NCBI RefSeq assembly: GCF_009914755.1
Contig: NC_060929.1
Reading direction: 5' to 3' (one strand)
DNA: 64,000 nucleotides
DNA from: the human T2T-CHM13v2.0 reference genome, Homo sapiens
Positions within the stretch are counted from its first letter, which is position 1. Each line of letters begins with the position of its first letter. Of this stretch, positions 41,637-54,720 are shown one piece after another. A model generated the notes under the pieces. That model searched no databases. It was not told the DNA's origin and saw nothing but the letters and a program-made list of their open reading frames with translations. Both the position numbers and the translations under genes were made by a program.

Positions 41637-43199
41637 GCAAGTGTGATTCTAGTTTTCTCTTCTGCGCCTAGTACATTAGAGATTTGGAGCTGGATGGAAT
41701 TTAAAAGGTCTTCTCTAGACCAGAAGTTTCTTCTGTACAGACCCAGAGAGTAAAAGTTTAGGTTCTGCAAAAGTCTAGAAAATAAATATTTAAGTTAAAT
41801 ATTTAGGACAAATTTTAGGCCAAGAGGTAAAATCGAGGATATTATGTGGGTACTTGTATAACAAGAGAGAAAACTCCTGCTTCCCACCAGTTTGTCTGGG
41901 TGGACTGTCTTGTGTGATGGGCCCCCTTTGGGTCTAGTAGCCATCAGCTGGAGCCATTCTCCCAAGGAAAGAGCCACTAGCTGGTAAGTGGGGGTGGGTG
42001 AAGATTGAATTGTGGAGGTTGGGAGGGTGGCATATGATTGTTTTAGGGGAACTCAAGAAGCCACCAACTCCTGGACTGAGATCCTCCCACTCAGCTTCTG
42101 GCAGTTGCTAACATCAAAGTCCCCAGTGTATAGTCAGGGACCAATGCTGGCCCTGGGCAGTGGCTGAGGCAGGTGTTGAATCCCAGCAGGTACAGAGGTA
42201 GAGGAGGACTCCTGTCTTTGTCTCCAGTCTCACAGTGGTCGGCTGCTTAAGTGGTGTTCAGAAACTGTATGAAAACTGTCGGCAGGCCTTTGTGGTCTAT
42301 GAGCTGTAGTATGCTGACACCTGATCTATATTAGTAGATCTCAATTGGGGGATGGCTCTCTGAAAGGTTTACCTGTATCATATTCCCATCAATATTGCAT
42401 CTCTTTTCATTATTGCATGAAGATTCCTGGGGTGGAGGGGTGAATAGGAAAATGTAGCCCCACCTTCAGAATCCTTGATGTAGTCCAGCTCCTTCATTCT
42501 GCAGAGCACACAGTAAAGACCCTAAGCGTGAATTGGTTTGCTTGGAGTCAGAAGGCTTGTCAATAGCTTCTCTATGATTAAGTTTCCAGATTGTAAGTCC
42601 ACTACTCTTTCCTCTCTCTACCTTATGCTGCCTCTGCAATTGAATAAATTAGCTGATAATCTGATCCAGATCATTTGCATAGCCTGCAAAAATAAATATC
42701 ATTTAACAATTGATTCTGAAAATAACTGGGAGAAGTTTTCTTTATGGTGGGCTATCTCTTCTTTCATGTTGTAATATCTTTATATTTTAATCAATAAAGT
42801 AATAGATAATGTACATTTAAAAAAATTACCTTATGGCTGTGACTGACATCTCTAGGATTGTTCAAGATGGTTTTCCATAAACTTTACCCTTTCCTCAGGT
42901 TCCACTATCTTTTCAAAATAGTAGTTGGCATATTTTACATAGTAATTGAAGACCATTCAAAAGACAGATTACATCACAGGTTGCTGTGTATTTCTATAAG
43001 TGCAATTATCATCCAATATTGTTTGTTTCTGGAAATAAGAATTTAGAACTGAAACTTTAATCTCCTTTAAAATCATTAATGTTATAGACAAAAAGTATTG
43101 TATTTGTTCTCAAACCTTTACTTATAGATATAAAATTAGGAGGATTATTAAAATATAGCAATGGTAAAATCCCTCCCTATGTGTGTTTTCTCTCCAAAG

Positions 43200-43275
43200 G
43201 ATCCACAACATGTATTTTCAGCTGGTCCAGTTTCAGATGAAGTATTACCAGAAACAGAAGGTGAAACAATGCTTA
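43200..43275 (+). CDS. SPEF2: SPEF2 coding exon (~exon 13), DPQHVFSAGPVSDEVLPETEGETML
   Basis: ttttctctccaaag| acceptor, TTA|gtaaga donor, 76 nt. Confidence 0.92.
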
Positions 43276-44646
43276 GTAAGATCTCAAAACAAATCATCTA
43301 TTATTTACATTAGAGAGAGAAACAATGAGAGCACATATATGTGAGCACAAACATGCTTTCAGGGAAATAAACGGGAACCAAGGGGAGTTTTACATAGTTG
43401 TCTACATATGGCCATTTGACAGAGGGAGCAAGATCACTCTTGCCTACAGCTGGGGATAAGATGAAAATTACAAGGCAATCTTTTCAGCCTCCTTCGAATA
43501 GTTGATTAGTTTTGCTGCCATTATGAAAGAATCCAGGATAAATCATCCTCATTCTTCCTGTCTGTGCAAGGAGACAGACAGTCTTTTCTTGTTCTCACCA
43601 GTGTGTAAGACTGGGTATATGAGTACAATTGGGGCTTTCTACGTGCTCCTGCTTTGTTTATTGTATTGCAGAAGGCTGTAGGGGCTGGTCTTTTTATCCT
43701 GTATGCACAGTGGTTCCTAAATTTATTCTCAGCCTTGGGCACTACCAATACAACTAAGTTTCCCAAACATAACAAAAAGTTATCTCCCTTGGGATCTGGG
43801 CTGCAGTCCTTCAGATCCTTTGTAGAACCATTGAAGGAAAACAATTTTAAGTATTAAATATTTTTTCCTGTATGTGCTAGTGAAGTCTTTGTCTTATTAA
43901 ATAGCTTCCTCGTATTCTAGCATGAAGCCGAGCTCCTCCTGTGCTATCATTATTATTGCCATTACCATTGAACAATGTCCAGGTTTACTATGAGCATACA
44001 ACACTCCAGAGAGGTTGGACTTGCCTTTCTTAAGAGGACACTATCTGTCCCTTATTCCTGTTATCTGTTTCTTAAGAGATAATTTTAGTTGATTTTTAAA
44101 ACTATTATAAGTGTTTTATTACATATTCTATTATACATTAGTCTAAGTAATTATAAACAAACTCTTAAAACTTCTGGTTTTTTTTTTTTTTCATAGAATT
44201 TAACTTAAAACACCTCTGACTTCTAGAGTCATCTGCTTTTAAGATGTTTATCTGTAACTTGGTAATCCAGGAAAATAAAAGTGTAAAAAAATAACATTTT
44301 AACATTTTTTTGAAAAACTTGACCGTCTTCTGAAAAGCGAACCCCGACTGTGTTAAAGTATTCCTAATGATATTTTTATGAGCTCAGATCATGCAGGAAG
44401 GGAGCAGGGAAGGGAGGGAGGTAGGGAGGGAGGGGAAACACCAAGACACATAGTGACCAGGATCTTAATGGTGTGAGTGAAGGTAAAAGCTATGCTGTGG
44501 TGATTCTATTACTTCCTTCCTCTGAGCATCTCAGGCATAGCTGGATCTGATAACCCTTATGTCCAAAACCATAGATGGTCAAATACTGCTTTGGTTGTTA
44601 GGTGTAAATACCAGAAATTTGTTCTTACCACTTTTCCTATTGCTAG

Positions 44647-44708
44647 GTGCTAATGCTGATAAAACACCAAAAGCTGAAGAAGTCAAATCAAGTGATAGTT
44701 TCTTAAAA
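44647..44708 (+). CDS. SPEF2: SPEF2 coding exon (~exon 14), SANADKTPKAEEVKSSDSFLK
   Basis: ttgctag| acceptor, AAA|gtaagt donor, 62 nt, phase 1 to 0. Confidence 0.92.
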
Positions 44709-45469
44709 GTAAGTATTATGATCTAATTTTAGCTACTAACATATTAAAACCTGTCATGATTAATGGTGTTTTGGAGTGTCTTCGAATGCAATGAAATTGC
44801 AATGTGCTCTTCTTTGGTTTCAAAGTTAATTTGATGGTATAATATTAGCTCACCTGACTTTACTTAGCATTCTTTGTATTCTCAATATTTATATTGAAAG
44901 CAGTGGAAATTATTCTTCACTTTTGCCAGGGTGATAAACTTGTGCTTTTAAAACTTTTAGACAGAGACCAAATTCATTTCATCTTTACCATTTAATTTAT
45001 GACTTTTATTTCGCTCATACCCTCTTTACCTTTAAATATTTTTTCCAGAATTTATCCTTACTCTTGTTGGTGACTCTTCAGAATTTGTTTATTAATTCCT
45101 GAAAAACTGTTTACAACAGTTCACTCACTATTTCTCCTAATGGAAACTAATTGGTCATCAAATAAAATGACCAGACTAAATCAAGTGGAATTTTATCTTT
45201 TGTATTATATTTGATTTTTTTATTATGCATCTCATCATGAAAAACAGTTTTATAATATTTTAGGTTTCAAAACTGCTTAAAGATAGAAAAAGTTTTGGAA
45301 GGATATACACCAAACTGTAAACAAGATGAGCAATGGGAAGGGAAATGGGTTCAGAAAAAACAGGAAAAGGGGACTTACAATTTTTACTCTGTGAATTTGA
45401 AATATGAATTAGCAGAAAGTATGTTTTATATTTACATCTATTGATTTTAAAATCTCACAAATTCCATAT

Positions 45470-46055
45470 TCAATTCAATTCCAAGAGCATACATTGTTTT
45501 GTACACTGTTTTAATAACTTGGATATATCAGTGAATACAAAAGACAGGATTTCCTGCCCTTATGGTGTTTACATTCTAATGGAGAGAGACATAATAAACT
45601 ATGAACATAGAGATAAATATGATATTGAAGATGATGATGAGTGTCATGAGAAAAGGAAACATGGAGTGGAGGAAGGGGAGCAGGAACACAGGCCAAGGGC
45701 AACAAAAGAGGCACAGTTGGTCACCTTATGACATCGGGCAGGCCTCCTTGGGAAAGGGAGCCTTAAGCAGATTGAAAGAGGTGAGAGAACCTGCCCACTG
45801 GATCTGGGGAAGTGTTCCAGGCCATGAGAATAGTGAGGCAGGAAGGTGCCTGGCCAGCGGGGCCAGAGAGTATTTAGTAAGGGATGAGGTTAGAGACATG
45901 GGTGAGAAAGGAAAAGAATCAGGTCAGTCAGGGCCTCAGGCAATTATTAGGACATTTGGAGTAAAAGGGAGAATTTTAGCAGGGTTTGGAATAGAGCCAT
46001 ACCATTTGACATAAAATTCTTACTCTGGTGGCTGAGCTAAGAATAGACTCTAGGG
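45470..46055. mobile_element. Degraded L2 fragment
   Basis: cctgcccttatgg.gtttacattctaatggagagagac and actctggtggctg motifs. Confidence 0.55.
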
Positions 46056-46601
46056 AAGTTCCTGTTTCAGTGATATTGAGTAGCTTGTATTGGACTAACC
46101 TATAAATAACAAGTATAAACACTAGGCAAAATATAAAAGATAATTATTTGAGTGCTAAAAGAAGACATCAAACAAGGAAGCAGCAAACAACAGGCAGAAA
46201 ATCTGTGGAATTTGACCATGGAAAGATGAGAACTTCACTGGTCAAGGGCCATGTTTATATGGGTTTTCCCTAGAGGGCATGCCCCTGTCTGCATGGCATG
46301 AGTGGCTAGAGCCCAAGAAGAGAGCTCAATCTTTCTGATTTAAGGTATTAGAGAATTAAGTTTGGGGATGCAAGAGCTGCTGCAACTGAAGAGTACGATC
46401 TTGGAAGGGAGGGAGGCTCGAAGGAAGAGCCTCAAATTCTGTGCACACATTTTCCTGAAATGCTTCCCTGACTCCCGAACTGTGCCACATGATCAGTGTC
46501 ATCATCAGAGAGCCTGGTCATTTAATTAACTTTTCCTCCAAATGTTTGGAATTTGACTTTTAAATTAGCCATCTTCTGTCATTTCTTGTTTATTTTCCCA
46601 G

Positions 46602-46705
46602 CTCACTACACGTGCTCAGCTTGGTGCAAAATCAGAACAGTTGCTGAAGAAAGGAAAGAGCATTCCTGATGTGCTGCTTGTTGACATCATAGTAAATGCT
46701 ATTAA
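46602..46705 (+). CDS. SPEF2: SPEF2 coding exon (~exon 15), LTTRAQLGAKSEQLLKKGKSIPDVLLVDIIVNAI (adenylate-kinase-like segment)
   Basis: ttttcccag| acceptor, AA|gtatgt donor, 104 nt. Confidence 0.94.
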
Positions 46706-48791
46706 GTATGTATTGCATTTTTCTTCCTCTCATCTATTTAATATATTCTTTATCACACAAAGATGTATAAAGAATAATACGGATTTTTTGTTGTAATATC
46801 TCATACATTTCACTCATCTGTATATGAAAATATACAGCAATGAAAAGGTAGATTTATTTTGTGACTTACGTGCCTATATTCCGCTTCTTCTCCCATACCA
46901 AGCTTGACTTCTTTTACCCAGATGTGAATAAAGTCAGGTTCTATTACCTGTGGGGAATTCAATGAGAAATTGAGTAATTGGAAAAGCCAAGGGAAAGACT
47001 CAATTGTGTGGTCACAGACCACGGGGAAAAAAGAAGCCAGAGAGACTTGGCTGACAAATGTAATAAAGAGAGAAGGTCAGCAGGCTGGAGAAAACTGTCA
47101 AAAAGTCCCCTGAGAAAGAGCTGCAGACAACTTAGAGTAGGTAAGGAAGCAGAACTGAGTAGTGAGATGTGGGATGTGGAAACAGTGAGACCAAGAGAGA
47201 TGAGGAAGGAGGGCTGAGAGTTCTACTCTGCATCTAGAATGGACTTCCCTTAGTGTTTTCTTAAAAGATGACATTAAAAATTTAAGTTGCTTCTCAATGA
47301 TGATATATCTAGAAATCAGATCACAGGGCTGCCCAGAGCTAGGAGGGGCCTCACTCTAATAGTTGTAACATTTCCCAGAAGTGGCGATAAAGCATGTTTC
47401 AGCCATGGGATTCTTTGCTTCTGCTCCAAATAAAAATGTATATGAAAAGCATCAGATATAAAGCAGTTCTTCACTTTAGTTTCAGTGGAACTGAAACCTC
47501 CACACCCCATCGTCAGAACTCCATTACCCTCCTTCCACCAGTACCATCCTCATTGCCCCTGAGGCTCCTCCAGATGACAGTCATCAGTGTGAAATCTTTG
47601 ATCCAGTCTAAATCTATCGTTTTTCTGTAAGGAAAGGGAGGCACATGACAGTTCAGTGAGGTGCTCCAGTTACATGTCTGGCTAGTGGTATAGCCCCAGC
47701 CAAAGTCCAGGTCTCCTGACTCCCCATCATCTCATGTCCTCAAACTACAGCTGAACAAAGGTAGCCCTCACCTCCCCCTTCCTCTGAAGTGGCTTCTGTG
47801 ACTGTGGGTGGACGAAGGAACTCAAGGAAATTCTCTTTCCCATCTTAGGCCAATGAATCAACAAATTTATTATATGCAGAATGCTTCACCAAGCTCTGGA
47901 CAAGTTATAAAACCAAAATGAAGTCTTTTCCTGCTCTTAATAACCTAATGAGAGAAATATAGACAGTGACCTGAAGACAGCTTGATACTGTGGAAAGATC
48001 ATTGGATTTGGGTGATTTTTAGTTTCGTGACTTTGAACAATAATGAAATTTCCTTTAACTTCTGTTTTCCCCCTCCTTCCTTGTTACACTATTGGAAGGA
48101 TCACATGCAGGCCCCAAAGTAGACTCAGAAACCTTTGGAAAGGGGATTCCATTGTTTAATATAAGTTCTGACAGAAATAAATGAAATTATACCTTTTAAT
48201 CCAAAGGCCAAAAACACAATTTTGCATAATTTAAGGGCTTAGAAGAACAAAGTCAAAGTTTACGCCTTTCTCACCTTGTTTTCCAGCTGCAAATTAAAAC
48301 AATAATTATTCAACACCCACTCTCTAAAGAGGACACTGTGCTGAGTGCAAAAACCCAATTGCACTTCAGCGTCCTATAATCTAACTGAGATTTTAAAAGA
48401 CTCACTTGAATTTGTGTTAAACAGAGAAATATAACCACTTGCATGGCAAAGTGGAAGTCAGAGAAATTCAGATCAGGATACTATGACTCTACACAGGCTT
48501 GGGTGGGATAGGAAGAGCTCTCCAGGTTGGCAGTACAAGTATCCAGTACTTGCTAAGCTCTGTGCTGCGTTTTTAAAATGCATCATTTCAGTTCATCCTC
48601 ACAACTACCTTATGAGGTATGTTATGTTACCCCATTGTATGAATTAGGAAACTGAGGTGCAAAGGAGGAACAGTCTGTGAACACAATATAGAAAATGCAG
48701 TTCATACTCATATAACATTGAGGAGATGAGTTTGTTTGAAGTAAATGGTTCAAAATTGTAAGAGATAACAAGTTATAGAGAAATAAAGTGT

Positions 48792-49152
48792 TGATATGGT
48801 TTGACTGTGTCCCCATCCAAATCTCATCTTGAATTGTAGCTCCCATAATTCCCACATGTTGTGGGAGGGACCTGGTGGGAGATGATTGAATCGTGGGGGC
48901 GGTGCTTTCCTGTGCTGTTTTCGTGATAGTGAATGGTCTCACAAGATGTGATGTTTTTAAAAACGGGAGTTTCTCTGCACAAGCTCTCGATTTGCCTGCT
49001 GCCATCCATGTGACTTTCTCCTCCTTGCCTTCTGCCGTGATTGTGAGGCTTCCCCCACCATGTGAAACTGTAAGACCAATTAAATCTCTTTCTTTGTAAA
49101 TTGCCCAGTCTTGGGTATGTCTTTATCAGCAGCATGGAAAGGGACTAATACA
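48792..49152 (+). mobile_element. THE1-type MaLR solo LTR
   Basis: tgatatggtttgactgtgtcccc...ggactaataca; TG...CA ends; 5-bp TSD agtgt/ggtgt. Confidence 0.93.
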
Positions 49153-49407
49153 GGTGTGGCCAGTTAATTTTAATGTGTTAAAGCCTCTGGAATAGATTTG
49201 GAGGGCAGCACAGTATCCACAGAAGTATTTTTAAGCAAGGGAGTGATTGTGGCACATCAGTAAACCTAATCTTTTAGCTATGAAGTAATGAAATTCATGC
49301 AGTAGGAAGTTATTGTGGAATTGAAAGAAAAAGGAAAGATTCATCATAGTATTTCCAAAGTACTTGTGTCTAACAAAATATTCATGAGTTGTCCTGTTTC
49401 AATTTAG

Positions 49408-49664
49408 TGAGATACCTGTGAATCAAGACTGTATCCTAGATGGTTTTCCAATGACTTTAAACCAAGCACAGCTTCTGGAAGAAGCTCTTACAGGCTGCAA
49501 TAGAAACCTCACAGAAGTGGAAAGAAAAAAAGCACAAAAATCCACATTGGCTATTGATCCTGCGACTTCCAAAGAAATACCTCTTCCCTCTCCTGCATTT
49601 GATTTTGTCATATTATTAGATGTTTCAGATACTTCCTCAATGAGTCGCATGAATGATATTATAG
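49408..49664 (+). CDS. SPEF2: SPEF2 coding exon (~exon 16), EIPVNQDCILDGFPMTLNQAQ...RMNDII; ILDGFP adenylate-kinase signature-like
   Basis: aatttag| acceptor, TAG|gtaagc donor, 257 nt; ORF 49418..49729. Confidence 0.96.
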
Positions 49665-50671
49665 GTAAGCTGGACACCTTTTTTGACACTCTTTTTACAA
49701 TGAAAACTCTTTGTTCTTTGAATCAGTGAATACTCCCATTTACAATTATAAATGAGTACAAAATAATCCACTTCAGCCTATCAAATAATTATCTAGTTGA
49801 GCACAGTTGCCTCTTGCTTTGACTGTTAGCATTCAGCGCTGTGGGCAAAGCCGGGAACTAGTGAATTCCAGTCCAACGGCAAGCATCTCACTGAACCTTT
49901 CCATCAACTTGGGAGTTCCCCTGGCATTGGGGTGTTTTTTTGAGACATGCACTTATGGAGGAGTGCTTTGTGGCTGTCTAGCGTGTTTTCGTGGGTCACC
50001 CTCTTGAGGGTCATAAACCACATCTGGGCTGTAAGAAAGGATCTGATAACATCCTTTTCTTGGACTGGGTATTAACTCTAAAGAGTGGTATCAGTTGGCT
50101 GAAAACTTCACATGATGGGTGAATCTTCCTACAAAAATTCATAGTTTAACTGTTTTTCAACCTTGAAAAATATCCTTTATTCCACAAATTAAATACTTAT
50201 GGGTAAAAGCACTTATTCTTGAACCTTGGCTTTCTTACATAGAAGGTATTTGACCTTGAGAAAGTTACCTTATTGTTCTAAGCCTTGGTGTCACAACCTA
50301 TATGATAACATGGCTCATTGTATTGTTATGGGTATTAAATGAGCTCAGAGCTACATGCTTAGGACAGAATCTGGCACATGATAATAAGCGTGTGGTAAAT
50401 ACATCAGGGAAAAATGATGGAAGACTTTGAAATCAACAAATGATTGCCTTCACATCATTTTACTAGAAGGCTGAATATTGCCTCTTGGACCCTTGGGGGT
50501 ACCTGATTCTATAGGGGTCTGTGCCTCTCACTGGTTTTGACTCAATTCTTCTATAACTCTGTAAATAGTAGGAAATTGATAGTAATGCAAATGATTCGTG
50601 TTCTTAGAAATGAAAATAAATTTGGTTCAGCTGAGACAATTTCCACACTGTAAAAAAGATGATTTGAAATA

Positions 50672-50898
50672 CTCGAGCCCAGGAGTTTGAGATCAGCCTA
50701 GGAAACGTGACAAGGCCCTGTCTCTACAAAAAATAAAAATATTAGCCCAACATGGTGGCACATGTCTGTGATCCTAGCTACATGGGAGGCTGAGGTGGGA
50801 GGATCACTTGAGCCCAGGAATTCAAGGCTGCAGTGAGTCATGATCACACCACAGCACTTCAACCTGGGTAACAGAGTGAGACCCTGTCTCCAAAAAAA
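50672..50898 (+). mobile_element. 5'-truncated AluJ
   Basis: ggatcacttgagcccagga...aaggctgcagtgag J-type diagnostics. Confidence 0.88.
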
Positions 50899-53465
50899 TT
50901 GCATTGCTCTGTAGATAATAGCCAGAATTTAGTGGGGAGAGCAAAGGAATAAGTGTTTAGAAGCAGCAGCTAATGGAGAAGAAGAAAGCCTGGGAGAGTA
51001 GTGTCTCATAAGCCAAGGGAGGACAAATCTTCAAGGCAAATGTGTCATCCAATCCCCCTTCCAGACCAGCAGGATCCTGGGCTGAGTGGGAGCCTAGCCA
51101 CTAGGGTTGGGTGCAACATGCAGTTCTGCAGTGCTCGGGGTCTATGGAGGAACCTGAAGAACATCTTCACAGAGAAACACACTACATCCAAAGCCACGTG
51201 GGCTACAAAGTCCTGCCAGGGCTGGGCTGAGGTAAATGATCCAGACTCAAAGCCAATGGGCAGGAGACTGGGGGATGTAAGGAGGGGGAATGGCCATTGT
51301 GAGAGTAAAAGGCTGCATTGGAATGGAAGAGGAGGTGACTGCCTCCGCTGTTTAGCCATTGGTCAGCCTGAGACAGAACAGTAATGTTCACATCTGGTGA
51401 GAGGTACAGATAGGTTTTGAGTTCAGGCATCAAATACTGACCCTTTGTGGCTAATGGTGACTGAAAAAGAACAGGAAGGGGCTTCTGGGACCGATAATGT
51501 TTGTATATCTGGGTGCTGACTGTCTTCAGTTCATTAATTCGAGCAGATGCATATTAGTGTATGCGTTTTTTGGCAAGTATAATGCAACAAAGACTATAAA
51601 AATTAAAAAGAAATCCAGAACCTGGAGTCACATTGCCTGGAATCAAATCCCTTCTCTACCATTTATGAACTGTGCAATTTGGAGCCAATTATAGAATCTC
51701 AATCCCAATTACAAGTTTTTGTTGAGTATAAAATGACATAATATATGTAACAGCTTTTAAGAATTGTACGCTAAATTTTACCTATAAGTACTACAGAGAA
51801 GCCAAAATAAGGACTGAAATGTGTCCTTTGGCATGTTTGGTGACTGGTATGCGAGCCATTTCATGGAGGGTGGGAGAGAGAAGGAAGGATTGCAGTGTAT
51901 TGAGGTGTGAGTGGGAGAGACAGAGATAGAGAGTGAGTGGAGATAACTCCCAAGAAGTTTATCTCTGAAAGAAAAAAAAAGAGCCATGGTCACAGGATAT
52001 TTGTTACTTTTTTATTTTTTTTTTTATTCTCTCTTTATTTATTTTAGAAAAGGGTCTCTCTATATATATATGAAAGAGCTCAACTGATTTTTTTTAGCTA
52101 GGGAATTAGTAAGAATAAAGGTTGTGTATTTTTATTCAAAGATGCCTACCAGCAAAAGTCTTAAAAAAATGATATCATTTAAGGCTGGTACAGTAAAGGA
52201 CACAGAAACTGGAGTTGTTAAGAGGCAGGGAGAACTTGAAGTGTTCATTCATGCAGTTTAGGTTTGCTAGAAAGCATAAAGTGAAGTCAGGATAATGCAG
52301 ATAAATTTGGAAAAAAGGAGGTAGGAATTTAGGGACTGGATGCTAGTGAAGAGATTCATCAACTATACAGGAGTGCTGGAAAGTTTGTGGTAGGAGTATA
52401 GGTCTTTAGGATTGCAAAGATGGAGCCATTCAGGGTGATCACAAAATTCATTGGCCATGGTACAGAGTACCACGAGTGAAGGGAAGGGGAAGGAGCACTG
52501 CCTGGGGCTTGGGGGTTGGGAGGTTGGAGAGAGAGGAATGCTGATCCATGCACTGAAGTCCTGACAGCAGCGAGGTAGCGACCATGAGATGGTGCATGGG
52601 CATCTCCCAATAAGAGCACTCCCACAGTTTTCTTCAGTCACCTATTCCAATGTGATCCTTGGGTTTTATGAATCATTTTAAAGCATCATTCTGTATTCTA
52701 AATTCATTTCACCTTGTTCTGTTATGAATGGAGATGAAGAACAACTGATTACTATATCCTGTGAGGGTTCTTCATTTGCTCGAACTCTATTAATTTGCTA
52801 TTCAATGTTCTCTTGCATTGAGTAATTCTAATTTCTTTTAATCTAGTTCAAGGCTTTCTTTCCTCTTTATGATTTTTTATTTATTCTAAATTGGTAAGTA
52901 TTCTGGACTTTGTACCATTAATCCAGAATAGGACTCAATCAGAGCTGTTGAGATTGGTTTTTTTGTTTGTTTGTTTTTGGTCTCTTTGGGTCTATTCCTT
53001 TATGTCTATTCTACAGGGAGATCATAAATTCTAGAAAGAAACAATAATTTTATTGTATTGCATATAATTTCAAGAAATAATTTGTATGCATATTTGACGT
53101 TCCAGCCACCTTGTTCTTTCATCTTAATTTTTACATCACTGTGTTAATTTTTCCTATTCTTTTCAAGTTAGTTATTCATGATGACCCATCATTTTTCATT
53201 CTCATCTATCATAGACAATCCTGAGATCCTCTACACTGAAACTACAGCTTCTCTTTAATGTTTACTTATTTTCCCCAATTTCCAAGAAAACAATCGAATT
53301 CTTATCTCAAAACTATACTCTTTCAACATCTTTTAAAATATTTTTAAGTAACACTGGACCAAATACAGGACCGTATCTGTTTGGCATCTTTCACCAGTAT
53401 ATTTTAGCAGTAAGTAGCAACTTTGGTTTTGAAAATTATCTAATTAAATAAATTTTATACCATAG

Positions 53466-53574
53466 CTGAAGAATTGTCCTATAAAACTGCTCACGAAGAT
53501 ATCAGTCAACGTGTAGCTGCTGAAAACCAAGATAAGGATGGAGACCAAAATTTAAGAGACCAGATACAACATAG
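53466..53574 (+). CDS. SPEF2: SPEF2 coding exon (~exon 17), AEELSYKTAHEDISQRVAAENQDKDGDQNLRDQIQH
   Basis: ccatag| acceptor, AG|gttagt donor, 109 nt, phase 1 to 2. Confidence 0.94.
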
Positions 53575-54562
53575 GTTAGTTTTTAACTAAATGCTCTGCT
53601 TCTTGTTTCATGCTTTTTAAATAGATTGACAACAACTTTGGAATCATCAGATCTAGAAGAATATCTATTTCTTAGCATTCAATCTTTTACAGGTAAAAGA
53701 AGACTAAGTAGTTTTGACAATAAGTGAAATATTTATGTGCTAGCTTTCATATTTAGAGGGCAAGTCATTAGTCTGAAAAAAAGAAGAATTAAATCAGGCA
53801 ATACTTCCCTTTACGGTTACATGCACTTATAAGTTAATTATATGGAATCCTGATTCAGCACTCATTAAGGAAATGCTGGTGACGATGGTGGAACTTCAAA
53901 AAGTTAGTCATCGGAGTGTAAACTACTTCTATTTTGCTAAAATAAAATTATTCTTCTGGTTGTGTGCAATTTGCCATTGCAAAGGGAAATTTAGACAAAA
54001 TTATACAATTTTATGAAACCCTGAAAAGTTTAACAATATGAAATGAACCAGGGAAGAGTAATTTGAGCTACATTAAGGCTGTCTACTCTCCAGGAAGAAA
54101 AAAACAGTTTCAAGAGTTATTCCAATAACACTTCTGAGTAAAATATATAAGTCTAAACCATCTATACTTACTCAAAGATCTCTTCAATTTCTATCTCTGA
54201 GAAAAAAATAGATGGCCTAGGTGCATCAGGCTGTAGCTACCATCCGAAGAGAGTTCAGAGTTATTCTACTATGAGCACAGATGATGTTTTCTTAGATTTT
54301 CACTTAGAGACCTGTACTCCTACTAAAAGTTTTCCTGAATCAACAACATTTTCCTCTTTTACTCTCATACATCTCAAAAAATATGTCTTGATGACATTAA
54401 GTAATTTCTTCTTTAATCTAAAATAAATAACATTGTTTCTTTTTCAGATACAATTATATTGGCAGCCTGTCTTTTCATTACGCATGTCGGATAATTTATG
54501 CTTAATGTCATTCTAATCTTTTGATCAGTATGAGATATTCATATCATATTTTGATTTTGCAG

Positions 54563-54720
54563 AATTATAGGCTTCTTGGACAACTGGCCTTTATTGGAGC
54601 AATGGTTTTCAGAGCCAGAAAATATTTTGATAAAAATCAATGCTGAAATAGATAAGGAATCTTTATGTGAAAAAGTAAAAGAAATTCTTACGACTGAAAT
54701 AGCAAAAAAAAAGAATAAAG
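54563..54720 (+). CDS. SPEF2: SPEF2 coding exon (~exon 18), RIIGFLDNWPLLEQWFSEPEN...EIAKKKNK
   Basis: ttttgcag| acceptor, AAG|gtattt donor, 158 nt. Confidence 0.95.

Noticed and set aside
44400-44436. G-quadruplex-like GGGA run
   Set aside because: Common low-complexity motif with no further support
51001-51433. Overlapping 76-127 aa ORFs on both strands
   Set aside because: No recognisable homology or consistent splice frame; may overlap a lncRNA but that cannot be supported from sequence
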